Both the position numbers and the translations under genes were made by a program. 64,000 nucleotides of DNA from an uncultured Chitinophagaceae bacterium (lineage in GTDB: Bacteria; Bacteroidota; Bacteroidia; Chitinophagales; Chitinophagaceae), in assembly GCA_937958995.1 (NCBI GenBank), contig CALGAP010000019.1:2370-66369 (forward strand). The letters are read 5' to 3'. How positions within the stretch are numbered: position 1 is the first letter of the stretch; each line of letters begins with the position of its first letter. The notes under the pieces were generated by a model. The model searched no databases, was not told the origin of the DNA, and saw only the letters and a list, made by a program, of their open reading frames with translations. Positions 27,797 through 34,219 of this stretch are shown piece by piece.

Positions 27797-28951
27797 ATGA
27801 AAGTGAATATGAAACCGATATATAAACTATTTTTCACCCTGCTGATCACCTGCTCGGTACTCAGTATGCTGCCGGCCTGTGAAAAAGACAGCGATGGCGG
27901 CACGCCCGTCATAGACTACGTAAGGATTACACGTCCTGAGTCGTCTGACTCGCTGCTGGTAGGCGCTAGCCAGGGCCAGCTGATCGCCATTGTCGGTAAA
28001 AACCTCGGACAGGCCGTAGCCATCTGGTTCAACGACCGTCCTTCGCGACTCACTCCCACCTATATTACCAACACCACCATATTGGTGCGTGTGCCTTCAG
28101 AAATTCCGCTTGATATTACCAATAAGGTGAAGATCTTGTTTAATAATGGTTACGAGTTGCTCTACGATTTTGAAGTGCAGATCAGTAAGCCACGCATCGA
28201 TGGCATGGAGGTGGAATATGTGAAAGAAGGTGATATAGCCGTGATAAGAGGCAATTTCTTCTATGAGCCACTTACTGTAACGTTTGCGGGTGATGTGGAA
28301 GGCGAGATCGTTGAAGTAACCGACAATGAAATACAGGTGCGCGTGCCGCCAGGCGCCGAGCCCGGCCAGATCACCGTAAGAACCAATTTTGGTGAAGAGA
28401 AATCAAATTTCTGGTTCAGGGATAATCGCAATATGCTTATTCATAACGATCCCTGGAGCGGGTGGTGGGGACAAAGCAACGTGGTGGATGCTTCTGACCC
28501 GCTCGCTATCAACGGCAATTACACCCGCATCACAGCTACTATTGGTTCATGGGGCTGGACAGAATGGATCGGCGGACACGAAGATGCGCTTTCTACCGCT
28601 CACAATCTTCCCGATGATGCCGTGCTGAACCCGCAGAAATACGTGATGAAGTTTGAGATCAATACGCTGAAGCCTTACAATGGCAACCGTATCAAGTTTA
28701 TGATCGGTCAGGTGAATAGTCCCGACCCTAACTGGGATAACGAACCCTATTTCTGGGAGCCGCCATTCGATACCAAGGGCAAATGGCAGACTGTGACTAT
28801 TCCATTCAATGAAGTGGTGGCAAAATACGTCACCAACTGGGGCGTGCGCCCACAGGGTTATGGCGTGAAAGTTTGGTTCCATGGTCCCGGTTCGCTGGAT
28901 GCCGACATTGCGTTCGACAACCTGCGCGTAGTGCCCGCAACACTTCAATAA
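27797..28951 (+). CDS. Surface glycan-binding-type lipoprotein: two IPT/TIG modules plus a C-terminal beta-sandwich (CBM-like) domain
   Basis: Lipoprotein signal (LSMLPACEKD) and two IPT/TIG-like repeats (LIAIVGKNLG...ILVRVPSE; IAVIRGNFF...IQVRVPPGAEPGQITV). It occupies the PUL position typical of SGBPs. Confidence 0.65.
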   Translation: MKVNMKPIYKLFFTLLITCSVLSMLPACEKDSDGGTPVIDYVRITRPESSDSLLVGASQGQLIAIVGKNLGQAVAIWFNDRPSRLTPTYITNTTILVRVPSEIPLDITNKVKILFNNGYELLYDFEVQISKPRIDGMEVEYVKEGDIAVIRGNFFYEPLTVTFAGDVEGEIVEVTDNEIQVRVPPGAEPGQITVRTNFGEEKSNFWFRDNRNMLIHNDPWSGWWGQSNVVDASDPLAINGNYTRITATIGSWGWTEWIGGHEDALSTAHNLPDDAVLNPQKYVMKFEINTLKPYNGNRIKFMIGQVNSPDPNWDNEPYFWEPPFDTKGKWQTVTIPFNEVVAKYVTNWGVRPQGYGVKVWFHGPGSLDADIAFDNLRVVPATLQ

Positions 28952-28981
28952 TATCTGCTTGATGAGATAAAACAATAAAAA

Positions 28982-30805
28982 ATGATTAAGTTATTTCCTA
29001 AACCATTGCTTGCCGTATTAACGGTGTTTTTTGTGGTGGTGATGGGTTCGTGTAAGAAAGATTCAGATGATAACACAACAGACGTTACTCAACTGTTAAG
29101 TTTCGGGCCTACCGGCGCCAACCACGGCGACACAATAAAATTTATCGGAACTGGTCTCGATAAAGTTACCGCCATTCAATTCACAGGCAACAATGCTATA
29201 GTGGAGCAAAGCGGTTTTGTTTCCCAGTCACCCACGCTCATCCTTACACGAGTGCCGGCATCGGCAGAGAAGGGTAAGGTAATGTTGAAAACCCCGCAAG
29301 GCGATATTGTTTCCAAAACCGAATTCAATATCGGCGTGACACCGGTAATTGCTTCCATTACCGAAGAAGCAAGACCCGGCGCTAATTTGACGCTCACCGG
29401 TGAATTCATGAACTGGGTTACCAGCGTCACCTTTGCGAGAGACAAAGTAGTGACAGAATTCGTGAGTGTATCACTGAATGAGCTGGTGGTAAAGGTTCCT
29501 GAAGATGCCGAGACTGGTCCGCTGGTAATCACCTACAGCGGCACCGACTCCGGTTATTTTGAAACTGTTGAAATATTCAAGGTGACATTGCCACAGGGCA
29601 CCGGCATTTCTCCCGACTTGTTATACCATGGTGAAAACGTAACCATCACCGGCACTGATCTGGACCTGGTGCGTAAAGTGTATTTCACCAATGTATCTGA
29701 GCCGGTAACTGAGTTTGAAAGCCAGGGTGCGACTGAGCTTGTTGTGAAAGTACCGACCACTGCATTAAAAGGCGTAATAAAACTGGAAGCAGCTTCCGGT
29801 GTACAGACTACTGTTGACGGCGAACTGGATATTAAGTTGCCGCAAGCCACAGGTATTGCTCCGGCCAATGTTAAGCACCTCGAAAATATCACCATTACCG
29901 GTACTGACCTGGACCTGGTGAGCAAGATCTGGTTTACGAATGCAACTGAAGCAGTGACCACTTTCGTAAGCCAGTCAGCTACGCAGATCGTGGTGCAGGT
30001 GCCCGGGGCGGCCAAGAATGGTCCCATCACCCTGGAAATGGAGTCGGGTATTAAGACCACTTCCACAGCCGAAGTGACTTTGTTGCTGCCGCAGATCACT
30101 TCATTCAGTCCCAATCCTGTTGATCCGGAATCAAACCTCACCATATCTGGTACTAATCTCGACCTGGTATCTGCCGTTGTGATCGAGAATGTGCCGGCCA
30201 TTGATAAAGCCAATTTTGTAAGTCATACCGCCAACCAGATTGTGGTGACTGTGCCCACCGGCGCGGCCAACGGTTTGATAACACTGAAGGTGCTGAACTC
30301 GACGGTGACCGTTTTGTCGACCGACATACTGCAGATCACCGGCGCGGCGCCGCCACCTGCTATTTCATTACACTTCTGGGATGATGGTCTCGCAGCCGGC
30401 TGGAACGGATGGAGCGGTGGAGGCTGGGGTGGTACCAAGGAGATCGACAACAGTTCGCCTGTGCGCGTTGGTACCAAATCGGTAAAGATCACTTACGATG
30501 CCAGCCAGTGGGGCTCGCCCCTGCAACTGGGTGGTGCCAATATTTCTTTGGCAGGTTATAGTTCATTTAAAATATCCATTTACAGTACGGCCGGTACCGC
30601 AGGCAACAAGATCCTGATCGTGTTTAATAAGAACGAAGCCGGTGGCGGACAGGTGGAACTGACTTTGGGACCTGAAGGTGAATGGACAGATTTCTCTATA
30701 CCCTTGTCGCAGTTTGGCAGTGTAACAACCCTCAACGAACTCTGGATAAAAGAAAACCAGGGTAAGTCGTACACGATATATGTGGATGAAATAGGACTGA
30801 ATTAA
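28982..30805 (+). CDS. Surface lipoprotein with five IPT/TIG repeats and a C-terminal CBM-like domain
   Basis: Lipoprotein signal (VVVMGSCKKD). Five ~85-aa repeats have the pattern ...NxTITGTDLDLVxxxxFTN...xxVVxVPxxAxxGxIxL. The C-terminal ~150 aa are rich in W/G. Confidence 0.65.
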   Translation: MIKLFPKPLLAVLTVFFVVVMGSCKKDSDDNTTDVTQLLSFGPTGANHGDTIKFIGTGLDKVTAIQFTGNNAIVEQSGFVSQSPTLILTRVPASAEKGKVMLKTPQGDIVSKTEFNIGVTPVIASITEEARPGANLTLTGEFMNWVTSVTFARDKVVTEFVSVSLNELVVKVPEDAETGPLVITYSGTDSGYFETVEIFKVTLPQGTGISPDLLYHGENVTITGTDLDLVRKVYFTNVSEPVTEFESQGATELVVKVPTTALKGVIKLEAASGVQTTVDGELDIKLPQATGIAPANVKHLENITITGTDLDLVSKIWFTNATEAVTTFVSQSATQIVVQVPGAAKNGPITLEMESGIKTTSTAEVTLLLPQITSFSPNPVDPESNLTISGTNLDLVSAVVIENVPAIDKANFVSHTANQIVVTVPTGAANGLITLKVLNSTVTVLSTDILQITGAAPPPAISLHFWDDGLAAGWNGWSGGGWGGTKEIDNSSPVRVGTKSVKITYDASQWGSPLQLGGANISLAGYSSFKISIYSTAGTAGNKILIVFNKNEAGGGQVELTLGPEGEWTDFSIPLSQFGSVTTLNELWIKENQGKSYTIYVDEIGLN

Positions 30806-30811
30806 GACTAA

Positions 30812-32017
30812 ATGCAAACTGAATTTTATAACTGGCTGGCTTTTCTTGAAGCTGAGCACAAGCGGCTTTTGAAACGGCCAAACGAGAAGGCGGGAAAAGG
30901 GAACGGTATTGTTGACCGGTATGTGTACCCGGTGCTCAGCGCCGCGCACACGCCATTGTTCTGGCGCTATGATCTCAACAATGTCACCAATCCGCACCTT
31001 ATGGAGCGCTTCGGCATTAATGCCGTGATGAATGCGGGCGCCATTAAGTGGAACAACAAATACATTGTGGTGCCCCGCGTGGAAGCGGCCGACCGGAAGT
31101 CGTTCTTCGCAGTTGCCGAAAGTGCCAATGGTATCGACAATTTCAGGTTTTGGGATTATCCCATCGTGATGCCTGAAACTAATGTGCCAGATACCAACAT
31201 TTATGATATGCGGTTGGTGCAACATGAAGACGGATGGATATATGGATTGTTTTGCACCGAGCGCCGCGATCCCAATGCTTCGCCCAGCGATCAGAGCGCG
31301 GCTATTGCTCAATGTGGTATTGCACGCACGAAAGACCTGGTGGAGTGGGAGCGGTTGCCCGATTTAAAAACGCCCTCGCCGCAGCAGCGCAACGTGGTGT
31401 TGCACCCTGAATTCGTGGATGGACGCTATGCTTTTTACACGCGGCCACAGTCCGGTTTTATTGAAGCGGGAGAGGGAGGAGGAATCGGTTTTGGACTAAG
31501 TGACCGTATCGAGGGCGCTGTGATCAATTCTGAAAAAGTGATTGATCCGCGATCTTATCATACGGTGTTTGAGCTGAAGAATGGTCTTGGCCCTGCACCC
31601 ATCAAAACCAAATACGGATGGCTGCACCTGGCACACGGTGTAAGAAATACGGCGGCCGGCATGCGCTACGTGTTGTATATGTTCATGACCGCGCTCGATG
31701 ATATCACAAAGGTGATTTACAAACCTGGTGGCTATTTCCTGGCGCCGGAAGGCGAGGAGCGCGTGGGTGATGTGTCGAATGTATTGTTCAGCAACGGTTG
31801 GATCGCCGATGACGATGGTACCGTGTTTATCTACTATGCCTCGTCTGATACACGACTGCATGTGGCCACCTCCACCATCGATAAGTTGCTCGATTATGTA
31901 ATGAATACGCCGCCCGATGGGGTAAACTCAGCCGGGACCGTGCGCAACCTGGTACAGCTGATAGATAAAAACCAGCAGGACATGTTGATGAAGGTGCCTT
32001 TGCGTACGGGCAAGTAA
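30812..32017 (+). CDS. GH130 family beta-mannoside phosphorylase (4-O-beta-D-mannosyl-D-glucose / mannooligosaccharide phosphorylase-like), cytoplasmic
   Basis: 401 aa with no signal peptide. The N-terminal segment (RLLKRPNE...[26 protein letters not shown]...[32 protein letters not shown]) and the later five-bladed propeller blocks resemble Bacteroides MGP-type GH130 enzymes as I remember them. Confidence 0.75.
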   Translation: MQTEFYNWLAFLEAEHKRLLKRPNEKAGKGNGIVDRYVYPVLSAAHTPLFWRYDLNNVTNPHLMERFGINAVMNAGAIKWNNKYIVVPRVEAADRKSFFAVAESANGIDNFRFWDYPIVMPETNVPDTNIYDMRLVQHEDGWIYGLFCTERRDPNASPSDQSAAIAQCGIARTKDLVEWERLPDLKTPSPQQRNVVLHPEFVDGRYAFYTRPQSGFIEAGEGGGIGFGLSDRIEGAVINSEKVIDPRSYHTVFELKNGLGPAPIKTKYGWLHLAHGVRNTAAGMRYVLYMFMTALDDITKVIYKPGGYFLAPEGEERVGDVSNVLFSNGWIADDDGTVFIYYASSDTRLHVATSTIDKLLDYVMNTPPDGVNSAGTVRNLVQLIDKNQQDMLMKVPLRTGK

Positions 32018-32027
32018 AATTTTGAGA

Positions 32028-32123
32028 TGAAAAGGGGCCTTATTATAGTTTGCGCCGTGTTCGCCGTTGGTATCGGCGCCTGTAAAAAACCTGAGCTGCG
32101 TTGCTTTTGTGAGAAATTGTGAA
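32028..32123 (+). CDS. Candidate small ORF (31 codons) encoding a lipoprotein-signal peptide and a 13-residue Cys-rich mature peptide
   Basis: ATG at 32028 and TGA at 32121-32123. Translation MKRGLIIVCAVFAVGIGACKKPELRCFCEKL has a positively charged n-region, a hydrophobic core, a G-A-C lipobox-like site, then CKKPELRCFCEKL. It is below the 60-aa cutoff of the ORF track, so I found it by reading the sequence. Confidence 0.3.
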
Positions 32124-32184
32124 TAATGGATGTTAGAATCCTGTAAAATAATTTCTCCTACTTTTACTCTCCAAATTATCCCGG

Positions 32185-33390
32185 ATGAACTACCCCGAGA
32201 TTTCGAGGAAAGTACAGGAATACGTACACTCAGCATTTGATTCGAAAAAAGACAAGGCACTGCTTTACCACAATTTTACCCACACACAAAACGTGGTGAA
32301 GGCGGCCACCCGCATCGGCAGGCATTACCAGCTTAATGAAAGAGACCTGTTTATCGTGACCACCGCCGCGTGGTTTCATGATATAGGATACCTGGAAGAT
32401 TATAACCACCACGAACTCATGGGCGCCGATATAGCCGCCTCATTCCTGCGTAAACAGGGAGTGCCGGAAGAAATTACCCTCGCCGTCACCAATTGCATTC
32501 TGGCCACGCGGATGCCGCAGAGCGCCAAGACCCTGCTGGAAGAGATCGTTTGCGATGCCGATATGTTTCAACTGGGCTCGGATGAGTTTGCGGAAAATAA
32601 TAAGCTGCTGAGAAAGGAACTGGAGCTGAAAAAAGGCACTACCATCAATAAGGAAGAGTGGAGGAGAAATACCATCCGCTTCCTGGAATCACATACCTAC
32701 TATACCGATTATTGCCGCTCGCTGCTGGAGCCGAAGAAGAAGGAAATAGTGGAAAAATTGAAAAGCAAAACCAAAGACAAACCCGGCATGCCCCTGCCGC
32801 CGCAGGCGGCGCAGAGCCTTACGCAACCCGACAACAACAACAAAAAGAAAAAGGGTGACCGGCCTGAACGGGGTATCGAGACCATGTTTCGTATTACCTC
32901 CACCAACAACCAGCGACTGAGCGATATGGCCGACAATAAGGCCCAGATCATGATTACTGTAAATTCGATCATACTCTCGGCCATCATCAGCCTGCTGTTG
33001 CGTAAACTCGACGAAAACGCGTTCCTGCGCTGGCCTACCTTTATGATGCTGGCCACCAGCCTCCTCACTATCATTTTTTCCATACTGGCTACCAGGCCGC
33101 ATCTGCCGGAAGGTACCTTTACGCAACAGGATATCGACGAGCGAAAGGTAAACCTGCTGTTCTTCGGCAATTTCTTCCGCATGAATCTCGAAGATTATAC
33201 CTCAGGCATGCTGCAGGTGATGGAAGACCGCAATTTTCTTTACCGTACCCTCATTCGCGACGTCTACTCGCAGGGCGTGGTGCTGGGCAGAAAATATAAA
33301 TTGCTTCGTATTTCTTATAATATCTTCATGTATGGACTCGTGGCCTCGGTATTGGCCTTTGTCGCGGCCACTATTGTGGAAGGAAAATAA
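32185..33390 (+). CDS. HD-domain phosphohydrolase fused to a Pycsar-effector-type (PycTM / former DUF5706) transmembrane domain
   Basis: N-terminal HD domain (NFTHTQNV...AAWFHDIGY...CDADMFQLG). A basic low-complexity linker (NNNKKKKGDRPERG). The C-terminal ~175 aa have the RLSDMADNKAQIMITVNSIIL signature and three predicted TM helices. Confidence 0.7.
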   Translation: MNYPEISRKVQEYVHSAFDSKKDKALLYHNFTHTQNVVKAATRIGRHYQLNERDLFIVTTAAWFHDIGYLEDYNHHELMGADIAASFLRKQGVPEEITLAVTNCILATRMPQSAKTLLEEIVCDADMFQLGSDEFAENNKLLRKELELKKGTTINKEEWRRNTIRFLESHTYYTDYCRSLLEPKKKEIVEKLKSKTKDKPGMPLPPQAAQSLTQPDNNNKKKKGDRPERGIETMFRITSTNNQRLSDMADNKAQIMITVNSIILSAIISLLLRKLDENAFLRWPTFMMLATSLLTIIFSILATRPHLPEGTFTQQDIDERKVNLLFFGNFFRMNLEDYTSGMLQVMEDRNFLYRTLIRDVYSQGVVLGRKYKLLRISYNIFMYGLVASVLAFVAATIVEGK

Positions 33391-33398
33391 AGTTGTTT

Positions 33399-34208
33399 AT
33401 GCATTGGTATCATTGGATTTTTTCACTTTTGCTCATGACTGCTTGTTATAGTAACGAAGAACAGAAAAGTCCGGCGGGGTATGACCTTAGCAAACCCGAG
33501 AAATTCACTGTGCCAGATGCCTTGCTGGAGATTTCCGGCATTGCGTATCACAACGATCTGTTATATGCCGTACAGGATGAAGAAGGTAAACTTTTCAACC
33601 TGCGGCCTGGCGACAAAAAAGCCGCTTCTTCAAAGTTTGGTAAGAAGGGAGATTATGAAGATATCTCCATCGCCCGCGGGCAGGTGTTCATCCTGCGCAG
33701 CGATGGCACCTTGTATAGTTTTCCGCTAGACGATGCCCGGCAAAATGAGATCACCAGCACCCGCGAGTGGAAAGACCTGGTGCCAAAAGGAGAGTACGAA
33801 GGTCTGTATGCCGATGAATCCACCGGGCTGATCTACGTGCTGTGCAAAGAATGCAAACAAGACAAAAAATCGTCTTCCGTCAGCATTTTCGTCTTGAAAT
33901 TGCAGTCCGATGGCAACATCACCCCTTCGCATACCGCGGCCCTGAACGTGCAGAAAAATTTCAAACCATCGGCGCTGGCTATCCATCCGTTAACGAAGGA
34001 ATGGTATATTCTTTCCTCCGTCAATAAATTGCTGGTGATTGCCGATAGCCAGTGGAAAGTAAAAGAAACCTATAAACTCAACCCCGCCATATTCCGGCAG
34101 CCGGAAGGCATTACCTTCGACTCGCAAAACAACCTGTACATCTCCAATGAGGGAGACGAGTTGTCGAACGGTAATGTGCTGAAGTTTATTTACAACAAGA
34201 CTAACTGA
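33399..34208 (+). CDS. SdiA-regulated / YjiK-like beta-propeller lipoprotein
   Basis: Lipoprotein signal (LLLMTACYSN). Family-like blocks are LEISGIAYHNDLLYAVQDEEGKLF, PSALAIHPLTKEWYILSS and RQPEGITFDSQNNLYISNEGD. It starts 8 nt after the upstream stop codon. Confidence 0.55.
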   Translation: MHWYHWIFSLLLMTACYSNEEQKSPAGYDLSKPEKFTVPDALLEISGIAYHNDLLYAVQDEEGKLFNLRPGDKKAASSKFGKKGDYEDISIARGQVFILRSDGTLYSFPLDDARQNEITSTREWKDLVPKGEYEGLYADESTGLIYVLCKECKQDKKSSSVSIFVLKLQSDGNITPSHTAALNVQKNFKPSALAIHPLTKEWYILSSVNKLLVIADSQWKVKETYKLNPAIFRQPEGITFDSQNNLYISNEGDELSNGNVLKFIYNKTN

Positions 34209-34219
34209 GAATTCTGCCT

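Noticed and set aside
29080-30330. An approximately 255-bp periodicity suggesting a DNA tandem repeat.
   Set aside because: It corresponds to five diverged IPT/TIG protein modules of one lipoprotein gene. The nucleotide identity between units is low, so it is described as domain repeats within the CDS rather than as a repeat feature.
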